Assembly: GCA_963777505.1 (NCBI GenBank) | Contig: CAVZQN010000001.1 | Span: 256,001-320,000, forward strand | From: an uncultured bacterium | GTDB lineage: Bacteria > Acidobacteriota > HRBIN11 > JAKEFK01 | DNA: 64,000 nt | Reading direction: 5' to 3' | Shown here: piece after piece, positions 19,727 through 30,850 of the stretch | Position numbering within the stretch: the first letter of the stretch is position 1 | Layout: every line of letters starts with the position of its first letter | The notes under the pieces: generated by a model | The model's database searches: none | What the model saw: the letters and a program-made list of their open reading frames with translations, nothing else | What the model was told of the DNA's origin: nothing | Program-made: the position numbers and the translations under genes

Positions 19727-20725
19727 TCAAGCTGGTTGGAGTTTGAGGCGATATTGATGTGGTGTAATTCCAAAAGAACGTTGAAATGCTCGCCGCATAA
19801 TATCGGCGCTTGTGAATCCGCAGGAAGATGCAACTTGTTTGAGCCCGCGATCCGTTCGCTCAAGTTGAAGCGCTGCCGCTTCAACACGAACTTGTAACAA
19901 ATATTCGGATGGAGTTTTTCCGAGCTCACGTGCAAATACACGTTCCAGGTTTCGAACGCTCATAGCGACACGATCTGCAAGGATCTGGATCGAAAGTTTT
20001 TTGTGAAAATTCTCAGCAATCCAAAGTTGAAGTTCCTGGATCGCTTTCATTTCCGAAGCTTGAGCTGACAATAAAACACTCACCTGAGTTTGAGTGCCGG
20101 ATCTTCGCAAAAACAATACGAGTTCGCGTGCGATTTCCTGAGCGACTGCTGCTCCGCAATCTTCTTCGACCCATGTCAATGCTAGATCCATTCCTGCGGA
20201 AATACCGGCAGAAGTGTAAATGTTTCCATCCTTCACCCAGATCGGTTCCGTTTCCACCTTTACCTGCGGATACCGTTTTGTCAATTCACGTCCGAATCTC
20301 CAATGAGTCGTCGCCCTCTTTCCGTTTAACAAACCAGCTTCTGCCAAAAGAAAAGATCCGACGCATACAGATCCTAATCGTCGAACTACTGAAGCCCTTT
20401 CTCTCATCCATGAAAAAAGATTTGGATCGCGTTCTGTGCGGGTTCCAACTCCGCAAACAAGGAGAAGCGAATCAAACTTTCCTTTCACATCTTGAAAATG
20501 TCCGCTCGCAGCGAAAGTGAGCAACCCTTCCTCACCACGAACGATCATTTCTTTTTTGTTCGTTACGACTTCAACTTCATAGACTGGTTTTTTTGACAGC
20601 CGGTTCGCGGCGCCGAAAACTTTCATCGGTCCGACTAAATCAAGTTCATCCACAGGTGGCACAACAATTACGATGATCCGTTTTCGCTTGCTGCGTGATG
20701 CTATATCGCGGTCAGTCCTTGGCAT
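19727..20725 (-). CDS. GlxA/FtrA family AraC regulator
   Basis: DJ-1/PfpI-like domain (SVCVGSF, ATTHW, TSAGISAG) plus AraC HTH. Confidence 0.93.
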   Translation of the reverse strand: MPRTDRDIASRSKRKRIIVIVVPPVDELDLVGPMKVFGAANRLSKKPVYEVEVVTNKKEMIVRGEEGLLTFAASGHFQDVKGKFDSLLLVCGVGTRTERDPNLFSWMRERASVVRRLGSVCVGSFLLAEAGLLNGKRATTHWRFGRELTKRYPQVKVETEPIWVKDGNIYTSAGISAGMDLALTWVEEDCGAAVAQEIARELVLFLRRSGTQTQVSVLLSAQASEMKAIQELQLWIAENFHKKLSIQILADRVAMSVRNLERVFARELGKTPSEYLLQVRVEAAALQLERTDRGLKQVASSCGFTSADIMRRAFQRSFGITPHQYRLKLQPA

Positions 20726-20864
20726 TGTTATCCAAGTATACTCATCAAAAATATTTTCCTCAATCGTTTTCCTTCTTTTTTGGCGTAAAACAGCACCATC
20801 CTGTCGTTAAACGCCGCTGATCCATCTATACAATTTTCAGTTGTAACTTCTCGAAGGAGGAAAC

Positions 20865-21359
20865 ATGAGTGAGACATCGCAGCAATACACACAGCGGATC
20901 CTGAATCATCTAGGAACGTTGGATCCACTTAACGTACTCGAATCAACTATCACCAGATTAGAGACTCTCACTCGTACGCTGGAAAAGAAAGGACTTCAGA
21001 AGGAGTCATTACCAGCTAAATGGACAGCTGCGCAGATTCTTGCGCATCTTGCGGAAGCTGAAATTGTATGTGCTTACCGATATCGCAAAGTAGTGAGCAC
21101 CAGCGGCGAATCAATTGAAGCCTACGATCAGAATGAGTGGGTCAAAAATTCCGGATCACTCCAATCTGATCCGTATTTGGCGCTATCTCTTTTCCAGATC
21201 TTACGAAAGGCAAATATTGCATGGTTGAAATCGCTGACATCGGATCAATGGGAGCATTACGGAATTCATTCGCAGCGTGGAAAGGAATCCATTTCGCAAA
21301 TGGTCCGAATGATGGCAGGACATGACATCAATCATCTGCGTCAGATGGAACAATTATGA
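20865..21359 (+). CDS. DinB_2/YfiT-like protein
   Basis: KWTAAQILAHLAEAE, YDQNEW, GHDINHLRQ. Confidence 0.88.
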   Translation: MSETSQQYTQRILNHLGTLDPLNVLESTITRLETLTRTLEKKGLQKESLPAKWTAAQILAHLAEAEIVCAYRYRKVVSTSGESIEAYDQNEWVKNSGSLQSDPYLALSLFQILRKANIAWLKSLTSDQWEHYGIHSQRGKESISQMVRMMAGHDINHLRQMEQL

Positions 21360-22069
21360 AACATCATTGGCTTTGGATCATTGCGGTGTTTCTTGTTAGC
21401 AATGCACCTTTTGCGGATCTTGTTGCTCAAACCGAACGGGGCCCATATGCGCGCATTGCAATCCTGCGTCCACATGATGGAAAAACTGTCGACTTTGAAG
21501 CAGGATATATCCGGCATCTTGAGTTTCATCGGCAAGCCAAAGATACATGGGTCTGGTTTGGTTGGACCATTTGGGCTGGTGAACGACAACGATGGTTTGT
21601 TTATGCAACATTTGGACACACGGGCGCAAGTTTAGACAATCCAATCTTACCGGCTGAAGACGAACGCGATAATATTCTCAACGTCACGCCGCACGCGCAG
21701 TTTGTGGGAAACGCACTTTACGAGTACCAGCCGGAAATGTCACGTGGAAATGGTGAACCGCAACCAGCAGCACGGCTCGAGTTCACAACCGTTGAGCTCG
21801 CGCCTGGTACAGCAAAAGCTTTCGAAGCAGCTCTCACTGAAGATAAATCCAAACTGCAAGAGGAAACACTCTGGTATCGAATGATCGCGGGTGGAACTAC
21901 TCCGCGCTATGTCAGACTTCGTCCACGTACAAGCTTGTCAGCAATTCTTGATGGAAAGAGTGAACAAGTGCTCCCAGACAAAGTCAACGAATTGATTGAG
22001 AAAACGACAATTGAGATTTTGAGCCTACGACCAACGATGAGTTATGGAGTAACACCAACTCGCCAATAA
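21356..22069 (+). CDS. Exported hypothetical protein (dimeric alpha-beta barrel-like)
   Basis: Signal peptide, two 'PG...FE' units, ATGA overlap with the upstream gene. Confidence 0.65.
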   Translation: MKHHWLWIIAVFLVSNAPFADLVAQTERGPYARIAILRPHDGKTVDFEAGYIRHLEFHRQAKDTWVWFGWTIWAGERQRWFVYATFGHTGASLDNPILPAEDERDNILNVTPHAQFVGNALYEYQPEMSRGNGEPQPAARLEFTTVELAPGTAKAFEAALTEDKSKLQEETLWYRMIAGGTTPRYVRLRPRTSLSAILDGKSEQVLPDKVNELIEKTTIEILSLRPTMSYGVTPTRQ

Positions 22070-22081
22070 TATTTCAACATC

Positions 22082-24524
22082 ATGGAACCATTAATTCAGG
22101 ATATTCGATATGCTGTCCGACTGTTGCTCAAGAGTCGCGGATTTACTGCTGTAGCAATACTCACTTTAGCTGTCGGCATCTGCGCAAACACGGCAATCTT
22201 CAGTTTGGTTAACACTATACTGCTGCGTCCGCTTTCATATAAAAAGCCGGACCAATTGATTTGGATTTGGTCGAGCCGGACTGATAGAGACAAAAGCACT
22301 TTTTCACTTCCGGATTTTATCGATTACAGGGATCAGAATCGAACGCTGGAACAAATCTCCGCTTTTTCGACATGGAGCGCTAATTTGCTAAATGCCGGAG
22401 AACCCGAACGTGTGTTTGGAGTTCGCTGCTCTGCAAATATTTTCAAAACACTCGGAGTCGAAGCCGAAATCGGACGCACATTATTAAATGAAGATGACAA
22501 CACTGGCAATCCGCGAGTTGTTGTACTCAGTCACGGTTTTTGGAGCCGCCGTTTCGGAATGAATCGCGAAATTGTTGGCAAACCGCTCACCTTAAATGAT
22601 GAGAACTATATAGTAGCCGGAGTACTCCCATCCAACTTTTCTTTTCCAGGAATGGAATCTGACATTGTGGTTCCACTTGTCCCGGATGCTGACCCACTGC
22701 GCAACGAAAGAGCATCTATTAGTTTTCTACGCGTTATCGGAAGATTAAAACCAGGAGTTACATTCAAGCAAGCAGAATCGGATTTGAACGGCATTGCAAG
22801 TCATTTGCAACAATTGTATCCGGTTACGAATGCGAGCAAGAAAGGCACGAAAGTAATTCCTTTGCACGAAGAACTTGTTGGAAATTTTCGGCTGGCATTT
22901 CTAGTTCTATCGGCTGCAGTTGGTTTGGTGTTGCTAATCGCCTGCGCTAATTTAGCGAACCTCGTGCTTGCGAGAGCTTCCACGCGGTTTAGAGAAATGG
23001 CGATTCGACTCGCCCTCGGCGCTTCCCGCGGACGCCTTATCAAGCAGCTCTTAACTGAAAATATTTTGCTTGCTCTACTAGGCGGTGCGCTGGGTCTTGC
23101 ATTAACAAAACCTGCCATGAAATTGATGATCGCGTTCAGCCCTGCTTCGCTTCCTCGCACGAATGAAATTGAGATCGATGCAATGGTCTTGTTATTTTCT
23201 CTTTTGATTTCTCTGGTGTCCGGTGTGTTTTTTGGGTTCATCCCAACGACTTCATATTGCAAGAGCAAGTCTTACTGAAGAATTAAAAGGAAGCGGGAAA
23301 GGCACATCTGAAGGGAGCCGCAAAAACAATATGCGCAACCTGCTGATACTCAGCGAAGTGGGAATTTCAATTTTATTGTTGATTGCCGCTGGTCTATTGG
23401 CAAAAAGCTTTCTTCGATTACAGTCAATATCGCCAGGGTTTGATGTTAAGAATTTGCTGGTGATGCGTCTTTCTTTGCCCAGGGCACAATATTCTACTTC
23501 TGAAGTAACCGTCTTTTATGAACAACTTTCCAACGCAATCGGAAATTTGCCTGAAGTTCAATCTACAAGCGCGACATCAGCGCTTCCATTAAGTGGATCT
23601 AACGTGCGGGTCAACTTCACGATAACAGGACGGCCTCCATTGATTCCAGGAGAGCAACCCATAACCCAGTATCGAATGACCGGTCCCGATTATTTCCGGA
23701 CTATGAATATTCCCATTCACTCCGGCCGTGATTTTACAAATAGAGATACACTTCGCTCTCAGCCTGTCGCAATCATCAGTGACTCTTTTGCACGCCGCTA
23801 TTGGAAGAATGAAAGCCCAATAGGCGCGCATATCAAGATTGATGATAACAATGCAGGTCCCAGAGAAGTTGAAATCATCGGCGTAGCAGGAGACGTAAGA
23901 CATGGAGGATTACAAGAAGAGCCGTCTCCGGAAACGTATGTTCCTATATCACAAATTCCCGAAGAAAATGTTTCACTGCTAACGAACAATATGAGTTGGG
24001 TCGTAAAAACTTCCCGAGATCCACTAAGAGGGGTGAATGCAATTCGACACGAAATTCAGTCCGTGAATGGGAACATCGCAACGAGCAATACAAAAAGCAT
24101 GGAACAGTTTCTTTCTTCGTCGCTTGCACCAATCCGTTTCAATCTTTTTCTCTTAGGAATATCTGCTATCGGTGCTTTGGTATTAGCAAGCATGGGAATC
24201 TACGCTGTGATCTCTTATTCTGTGGCTCAGCGAACCCGGGAACTTGGAATCCGAATGGCATTAGGCGCTAAACAGCGAGATGTACTTACACTGGTGATCG
24301 GAAACGGATTGAAGATCGTTTTGATTGGCGTGTCATTGGGATTGGTCGCCGCATTTATTTTGACGCGGGTGTTGTCGAAATTACTTTATGGGATCAGCGT
24401 TACAGATCCATCCACTTTCGTTTTGATGCCGCTGCTATTCATACTTATTGCTATCTTCGCAAGTTATGTACCTGCACGCCGGGCAACTAAAGTAGACCCG
24501 ATCATTGCTCTCCGTTCGGAATAG
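22082..24524 (+). CDS. ADOP-family duplicated ABC permease (MacB/FtsX-like), frameshift near 23248
   Basis: [66 protein letters not shown]. Confidence 0.92.
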
Positions 24525-24711
24525 TCTGAAGATATTGGACTAAAGGTCAATATATCCTTATTATTTAGAATGTTATCCTTATTCTGTTAATGGTGATTCC
24601 TCCACTCGCACTCGCATGGTAAATACCATGACGCCTTAAAGGAACATCTCACGGCTTTTTCAGGTCTTTGACTTGTTTTTTCATAGCCCTAACATCAGGA
24701 GGGCTTCAAAA

Positions 24712-24801
24712 ATGGGTATCTTGTCTTGGATTTTGTTCAGCTTAATTCACTGCTCTGTCTTTTCGTATATCGAAAAGCTAAAACTCGCTAAAGGAAAATA
24801 A
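24712..24801 (+). pseudogene. Truncated GlsB/YeaQ/YmgE-like membrane protein remnant
   Basis: GGAGG SD, then MGILSWILFSLI followed by unrelated sequence and a stop. Confidence 0.5.
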
Positions 24802-24802
24802 C

Positions 24803-25177
24803 ATGTTAAAAGAAAAATACAATTCTGTTTTGGAACTCGGAAAAAATTTAGATGTAAAGGGAGGAGACGTTAAGGAAGAAGGCGGAAAACTTAAGATCGA
24901 TGGTACAGCTGCCTACCAATTGGATAAAGATCTACTATGGGATGCGATCAAGAGTATTCAAGGTTGGGAGAATGAAGTTGTTGCAGATATTAAGGTCGCC
25001 AATAAAGACATCTTCGGAATTTATACCGTAAAATCCGGAGATACACTATCAAAGATCGCAAAAAAATATCTCGATAATGCGAATCGGTACAACGACATTT
25101 TCAAAATAAATACGGACATCTTAGACAACCCTGATCTCATCAAGGTTGGTCAAAGATTAAAAATCCCAAACGCGTAA
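24803..25177 (+). CDS. LysM domain protein (Kbp/YgaU-like)
   Basis: YTVKSGDTLSKIAK...NPDLIKVGQRLKIP. Confidence 0.9.
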   Translation: MLKEKYNSVLELGKNLDVKGGDVKEEGGKLKIDGTAAYQLDKDLLWDAIKSIQGWENEVVADIKVANKDIFGIYTVKSGDTLSKIAKKYLDNANRYNDIFKINTDILDNPDLIKVGQRLKIPNA

Positions 25178-25233
25178 AATTGTTTTCATTAATTTAACAA
25201 TAGCGGACATTGCTCCGCTTTGTTGGAGGTGCT

Positions 25234-25818
25234 ATGGATTTGATGCAACTCTTAATGCAACAGTTATCAGGCGATGGTGTGAAACAAATCAGCCGGCAGA
25301 TTGGTGCAGATGAAGGAACAACGAATCAGGCAATTACTGCGGCGTTACCGGTGCTGATTTCAGCTCTAGCAGCAAATTCGTCACAACCGAGTGGTGCCGA
25401 ATCACTTCAGCGTGCACTTCAAAAGGATCATGATGGAAGTATCCTGGATAATTTATCGGGGTTTTTAGGCGGCGGCAATACAACATCAGCAGGTTCATCG
25501 ATTCTCGGCCACGTTTTGGGAAATCGCCAGGGAAACATTGCGGGCGCACTATCAAATCAAACTGGATTGAACACCGGTACGATCATTCAACTATTGGCAC
25601 TGCTGGCACCCATGCTGATGGGAGCATTAGGAAAGACACAAGCTCAAAACCGTTTCGATCCAGGTTCATTGTCTGGCTATCTAAATGGACAACAACAACG
25701 ATCGCCGGCTGAACCGAATATGATGGACATGCTGACAGGCTTGTTGGATTCAAACAAAGATGGAAGCGCACTGGATGATCTTACCAACATGGCCAGCAAA
25801 TTTCTTAAGAAAGAATAG
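25234..25818 (+). CDS. DUF937-family protein
   Basis: ISRQIGADE...ALPVLISALA...HDGSILDNL...LLDSNKDGS. Confidence 0.8.
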   Translation: MDLMQLLMQQLSGDGVKQISRQIGADEGTTNQAITAALPVLISALAANSSQPSGAESLQRALQKDHDGSILDNLSGFLGGGNTTSAGSSILGHVLGNRQGNIAGALSNQTGLNTGTIIQLLALLAPMLMGALGKTQAQNRFDPGSLSGYLNGQQQRSPAEPNMMDMLTGLLDSNKDGSALDDLTNMASKFLKKE

Positions 25819-25972
25819 TCCCACAGAATCTTCCTTTCACTCTACTAGTTTAATGAGGGCCGTTAGAGGTTAAGGGTAGCTTGTGCTTTGATGCACAGGC
25901 TCAGAATCATTAAAAGCTAACTGCCGTCACTTTCCACAAAGTGCCGGCCTACACGTCAATGGAGGAACCAAA

Positions 25973-26959
25973 ATGTCAGGAATACTAGATTCGTTTACTT
26001 CCATGTTTACTCCTGATGTAAACGAAAAACTTTCTAAAACGCTAGGCGTTGAGACATCTCAAATCAATAAGGGTCTTACAGCGGTTGGACCGCTGGTACT
26101 CGGAAGCCTGGCAAAACAAGCAAGCACACCCGCAGGTGCGTCTTCACTTCTGAATGCGCTTCCACAAGAAACTGGAAGCGGTTTGATCGGCAATTTGATC
26201 GGTTCGATTAAAGGCGCAGGCACACAAGCCAGTATGATGAGCTCATTACTCGGTGCGGGAGTCAATTCAATCGGCGGCACCATTAGCCAAAAACTTGGGT
26301 TTAATGTGCGTCCCCTGCTTGCATTAGCAACACCGACAATTGCAGGTTTCATCGGAAATATTGCAAAAAAGGATAACCTTGATGGACCTCGACTCGCCAC
26401 TTTATTGAAAAATGAAAACGATTCATTTGTGAACAATCCGGCAAACCGGGAAACTGCTGAGCTTGTAAAGTCGGCGCTTGATGCCGGTGATAAAGCAACA
26501 GCTTTACGGAATACCTTTGATGATGCTCAGTGGATCAAAATGAGAACCGCTCCAATGGCGGCTATGTATCTGGTTGCACTGGCATCGCCATCAGGTCCGA
26601 TCGGACTGTTCAAAGAGATTGATTCAGCATCGGACGCTGTTAAGGATTCCATCAAAGATGCTTCACCCACTTCACTCGTTGGAAGTGCATTTGGTGGTGG
26701 CTTTTTGAAAGATGAAGTGGAACAGATCAAGAAAAGTACACCTTCCAAAGAAGGTGCCTTGAATAGTATTAAGGAAGGCCTGGAAGTCGTTTCGCAAAAA
26801 AGTCCAGGCGACGTTCAGGCTTATCGTGAGTTGGTCTTAAATGTAGCTCAAAAGGCAGCCGAAGCCTCAAAAGAAGGAGGTTTTCTCGGAATTGGCGGTA
26901 CGCTTGTAAGCAAAGAAGAAGAACAAGCTATTGCGTCAATCAAAGCTGTTTTGGGATAA
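25973..26959 (+). CDS. DUF937-like N-terminal domain fused to a C-terminal helical domain
   Basis: N-terminal LSKTLG...PLVLGSL; C-terminal AEASKEGGFLGIGGTLVSKEE. Confidence 0.7.
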   Translation: MSGILDSFTSMFTPDVNEKLSKTLGVETSQINKGLTAVGPLVLGSLAKQASTPAGASSLLNALPQETGSGLIGNLIGSIKGAGTQASMMSSLLGAGVNSIGGTISQKLGFNVRPLLALATPTIAGFIGNIAKKDNLDGPRLATLLKNENDSFVNNPANRETAELVKSALDAGDKATALRNTFDDAQWIKMRTAPMAAMYLVALASPSGPIGLFKEIDSASDAVKDSIKDASPTSLVGSAFGGGFLKDEVEQIKKSTPSKEGALNSIKEGLEVVSQKSPGDVQAYRELVLNVAQKAAEASKEGGFLGIGGTLVSKEEEQAIASIKAVLG

Positions 26960-26985
26960 TCAGAAGTGAATTCGAGTTTAGATAC

Positions 26986-27012
26986 CAAAGGCCCGCTGAA
27001 CGCGGGCCTTTG
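26986..27012. terminator. Intrinsic terminator hairpin
   Basis: CAAAGGCCCGC-TGAAC-GCGGGCCTTTG. Confidence 0.75.
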
Positions 27013-27038
27013 ATTAATACAAAGAGATAAGGAAGATA

Positions 27039-27488
27039 ATGCGTACTATACTTGTAGTATTATCAATTATTGTACTTTTCCATGTGAGTTGTTCCGATGA
27101 CCAAACTCCGAATATGACTCCAAGTACAACATCTGGCATTGCTGGCACATCATGGCAGTTTGTCCAATTTCAGGGAGGCGATGATCAGGTGCTCATCCCT
27201 GATGATCGATCGAAGTACACAATCACGTTTGCAAGCGATGGCGTAGTCAATGTTCGATTTGATTGCAATCGTGGCCGCGGAACATGGGAATCTGCCGTAG
27301 CGAATCAACTTGAGTTTGGCGCGATGGCGTTAACGAAAGTCAAGTGTCCGCCTGAATCGCTTCACGATCACTTCGTCAGTCAATGGCAGAACATTCGATC
27401 CTACACTATAAATGATGGCCACCTATTCCTTTCATTAATGGCTGATGGCGGCATTTTCGAATTCGAACCGATGAACGAAACAAAATAA
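27039..27488 (+). CDS. META domain (HslJ-like) lipoprotein
   Basis: Lipobox-like VSC; IAGTSWQFV, DCNRGRG, ALTKVKCP. Confidence 0.85.
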   Translation: MRTILVVLSIIVLFHVSCSDDQTPNMTPSTTSGIAGTSWQFVQFQGGDDQVLIPDDRSKYTITFASDGVVNVRFDCNRGRGTWESAVANQLEFGAMALTKVKCPPESLHDHFVSQWQNIRSYTINDGHLFLSLMADGGIFEFEPMNETK

Positions 27489-27562
27489 CCTTAACGCACG
27501 CCGCCAGCAGCAAAGATCTTCGTCAAGTCTTCAGTTCAATTGATTACATTGGATGGCAATTC

Positions 27563-27666
27563 GGAGCGCGGACATCTTGTCCGCATTAAGGGCCGCTGGC
27601 ATCTTGCCAGCGGAAATTGCGGACTGGAAGTCCGCGTCCCGAAATGCAGGCTGGAAGCCTGCGCTC
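27563..27666. repeat. REP/REPIN-like cluster of four palindromes
   Basis: GCGGACATCTTGTCCGC, CCGCTGGCATCTTGCCAGCGG, GCGGACTGGAAGTCCGC and GCAGGCTGGAAGCCTGC between convergent genes. Confidence 0.75.
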
Positions 27667-27725
27667 GGATTTTTATTCGGCTGGCGTCTTTTCTGACTTT
27701 CCCTGAAGCATAATGGCCGTGTGCA

Positions 27726-30700
27726 TCAACCATTTTGCTTTCGTTTCTCCATCCAATAGTAAACTGCCGGAAGTACAAGCATGGTTAATGCTGTAGACGT
27801 AATCAATCCTCCAATCACTACTGTGGCAAGTGGGCGCTGCACTTCTGCGCCTGTTCCAGTAGAAACCGCCATTGGAACAAATCCAAGACTTGCAACAAGG
27901 GCTGTCATCAACACAGGTCTCAAACGGAGTAGCGTACCTTGATGGATTGTTTCTCTTAAGTGCATCCCGGCGTTTTCAAGACGCAACTGATTCAAAAATG
28001 TAATCAACACGACTCCATTTAATACGGCAACTCCGGATACAGCAATAAAACCGATTCCAGCGCTCATAGAAAAATGCATGTTTCGAAGCAGCAACATTAA
28101 AATCCCTCCAGTGACAGCAAAAGGAATTCCTGTGAAAACCAGAAGTGCTTGTTTAAAGGAATGAAATGTTGTGAAGAGCAAAAAGAGGATTAGAAGAAAT
28201 GTGACAGGAAGAACGACTAAAAGACGATTGCGTCCGCTTTCCAAATGTTCAAAGGTCCCACCCCACTCAATCGTATATCCTGTGGGCAACTTCACTTCAT
28301 TTTGTACTTTAAGTCGCGCATCGTTTACAAAAGACCCAATGTCCGTACCCCGAATATTCGCTTCAACGCTGATCAATCGCTGCCCATTTTCCCGGCTAAT
28401 TTCTGCCGGACCTTCTTTGCTCTCAATTTTTGCAAGATGACGTAAAGGAATCAGTTCATTTTTAGATCCGCCCACCAACAAAGCGCCAATGGTTTCCTCA
28501 TCCTTTGAGGCCGCTACAGGGAACCGCACCATCAAATCAAAGTTCATAAATCCTTCATAGATTTTCCCCACCTGCGTTCCGGCAACTGCGGATTGAATTA
28601 CGGAATGCACATCCTCAACGTTGATTCCATAATTCGCGATCGCATCACGATCGATTTGAATTTCAAGCACAGGAAGTCCATGCACTTGTTGAACTTTAAT
28701 GTCTTCGCCGCCTTTAACTTCTCCTAAAGCTGCTGCTACTTGATTTGCGCTTCGTGACAACTGATCCATATCGTCACCAAAAATTTTAACAACAACATCA
28801 GAACGTGCTCCTGTTCCTTCAATTAACTCCATCATTCTGAATTTGATCGGCTGTGAAAATGAAGCCGCTACACCTGGCACTGTCTCCATCACTTCTGACA
28901 TTTCATCTACAATTTTTTCCTTCGTTTTTCCTCTTCGCCATTCCGATTTTTTCTTTAGATATACATATGTATCAGCCATATCGGGCCCCATCGGATCGGT
29001 AGCAATTTCAGGTCGTCCAATTCGGCTAACCACGGTTTGCACTTCAGGAATTTCCTTTAAAGCCTTCTCAATCAGGGTTGTCTGACGTATGGATTCTGTT
29101 AAAGACACACTTTTTATCCGGACATGATTAATAGCAACAGCGCCTTCATCGAGTTCTGGAAGAAATTCAGAACCAAGAAGTGGAAATAGCGCAACACAGC
29201 CAATCACAAAAATCAAAGCTACAGTTACCGTAAGGCCCTGATGCTGTAGTGTTTTCTCAAGAAATGGCTCATACACTTTTTCCAGAAAATTCATGAGTTT
29301 GTTTTTGCCTTCTTTACGCTCTTTTAAGAAAATCGCACAGAGCGCAGGAATGAGTGTGAAGCTAAGAATCAAAGCACCTGAAAGCGCAAGGATTACCGTG
29401 AATGCCATCGGGCGAAACATCTTCCCTTCAATTCCCGTTAGAGACACGATAGGTATATAAGCTGCGATGATAATGAGTTCCCCAAACTGACTTGCAGAAC
29501 GAACTTCAACCGTGCTTCGAAAAATCGTTTCGATTCGTTCCTCTTTTGACAAAGCTCTTCCAATTGATTTTGTCTTTTCCGAAAGATGTCTTACACAGTT
29601 TTCTACGATGATTACGGCGCCATCCACAATCAAACCAAAATCGATTGCTCCGAGGCTCATTAAGTTGGCAGAAACGCCAAAATAATTCATCCCGATAATT
29701 GCAAAAAGCATGGACAATGGTATTGCGGAAGAAACAATCAGCCCGGCTCGTAGCTGCATCAGAAACAAGAAAAGAACTGCAATGACAAGCACTCCGCCTT
29801 CGATCAAATTCTTGCCGGCGGTGTTAATCGTTTGGCTGACAAGTTCGCTTCGATCGGCGAATGGATAGATTTTGACGCCTGGAGGCAGAGAGGGTTCAAT
29901 TTCCTTGAGTCTCTGTTTGACTCGATCCGTTACTGTTCTGCTGTTTTCGCCTTTCAAAAGCATTGTCATTCCAACAACAGTCTCACCTTGCCCATCACGA
30001 GTCGCAGCACCTTGTCTGATTTCTGATCCGATTGATACAGCCGCCAAATCAGCTATATGAATCGCAACTCCGTCTCTAGTTTCGACAACAACTTTTTCAA
30101 TATCCGAAACAGACTGAATTAAACCGACGCCGCGCAAAAGTTGCTGCTCTCCAGCTTTTTCAATGTAAGCACCTCCGGCATTTGAATTATTTTTTTTCAA
30201 TGCCTCAAAAACTTGTTGAAGCGAAATCTTGTGACTTACAAGCTTGTCTGGATTTACACGCACTTCGTATTGTTTTGCTTTTCCACCATAACTGTTTACT
30301 TCAACAACTCCAGGAATTGTTCTGAGCTCTGGTTTAATAAACCAGTCAAGCAATGTCCTTAGATCTTGAAGAGAGTACTTACCTGCAACACTCTGATCGG
30401 CTTCAATCGTAAATTGATAAATTTCTCCCAATCCTGTGCTGATTGGCGCAAGCTCTGGGGTAATTCCTTCAGGTAATTCTTCTTTCGCTTCCAAAAGCCG
30501 TTCCAATACCATTTGCCGTGCCCAATAAATATCAGTTTTCTCTTGAAACGTAATCGTTACTTGAGAAAGCCCAAATTGAGAAATTGAACGGATTTCTTCC
30601 TTTTCTGGCAGATTGCTCATTGCAACTTCGATAGGAAATGTGACATATTTTTCCATTTCCAATGGAGCAAACGCGGGAGCTAGAGTATTGATTTGTACCT

Positions 30701-30839
30701 GGTTTGTTGTTACGTCCGGGACTGCATCAATGGGAAGTTTCGCAGCAGAATACAAACCCGCGAGAACCAGAAGGACTCCCAAAAGACAAATCAAAATTCG
30801 ATAGTGAAGACTGAAACGAATTATGCGATCGATTATCAT
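27726..30839 (-). CDS. czcA: CusA/CzcA heavy-metal RND permease
   Basis: IDAVPDVT, NLMSLGAIDFGLIVDGAVIIVEN, RLRPVLMTALVASLGFVPMA, AEVQRPLATVVIGG. Confidence 0.95.
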   Translation of the reverse strand: MIIDRIIRFSLHYRILICLLGVLLVLAGLYSAAKLPIDAVPDVTTNQVQINTLAPAFAPLEMEKYVTFPIEVAMSNLPEKEEIRSISQFGLSQVTITFQEKTDIYWARQMVLERLLEAKEELPEGITPELAPISTGLGEIYQFTIEADQSVAGKYSLQDLRTLLDWFIKPELRTIPGVVEVNSYGGKAKQYEVRVNPDKLVSHKISLQQVFEALKKNNSNAGGAYIEKAGEQQLLRGVGLIQSVSDIEKVVVETRDGVAIHIADLAAVSIGSEIRQGAATRDGQGETVVGMTMLLKGENSRTVTDRVKQRLKEIEPSLPPGVKIYPFADRSELVSQTINTAGKNLIEGGVLVIAVLFLFLMQLRAGLIVSSAIPLSMLFAIIGMNYFGVSANLMSLGAIDFGLIVDGAVIIVENCVRHLSEKTKSIGRALSKEERIETIFRSTVEVRSASQFGELIIIAAYIPIVSLTGIEGKMFRPMAFTVILALSGALILSFTLIPALCAIFLKERKEGKNKLMNFLEKVYEPFLEKTLQHQGLTVTVALIFVIGCVALFPLLGSEFLPELDEGAVAINHVRIKSVSLTESIRQTTLIEKALKEIPEVQTVVSRIGRPEIATDPMGPDMADTYVYLKKKSEWRRGKTKEKIVDEMSEVMETVPGVAASFSQPIKFRMMELIEGTGARSDVVVKIFGDDMDQLSRSANQVAAALGEVKGGEDIKVQQVHGLPVLEIQIDRDAIANYGINVEDVHSVIQSAVAGTQVGKIYEGFMNFDLMVRFPVAASKDEETIGALLVGGSKNELIPLRHLAKIESKEGPAEISRENGQRLISVEANIRGTDIGSFVNDARLKVQNEVKLPTGYTIEWGGTFEHLESGRNRLLVVLPVTFLLILFLLFTTFHSFKQALLVFTGIPFAVTGGILMLLLRNMHFSMSAGIGFIAVSGVAVLNGVVLITFLNQLRLENAGMHLRETIHQGTLLRLRPVLMTALVASLGFVPMAVSTGTGAEVQRPLATVVIGGLITSTALTMLVLPAVYYWMEKRKQNG

Positions 30840-30850
30840 TGGTCCTCCCT

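Noticed and set aside
27563-27666. Palindrome cluster as a CRISPR array
   Set aside because: Repeats are non-identical and in two orientations, spacers are under 10 nt, and there are no cas genes.
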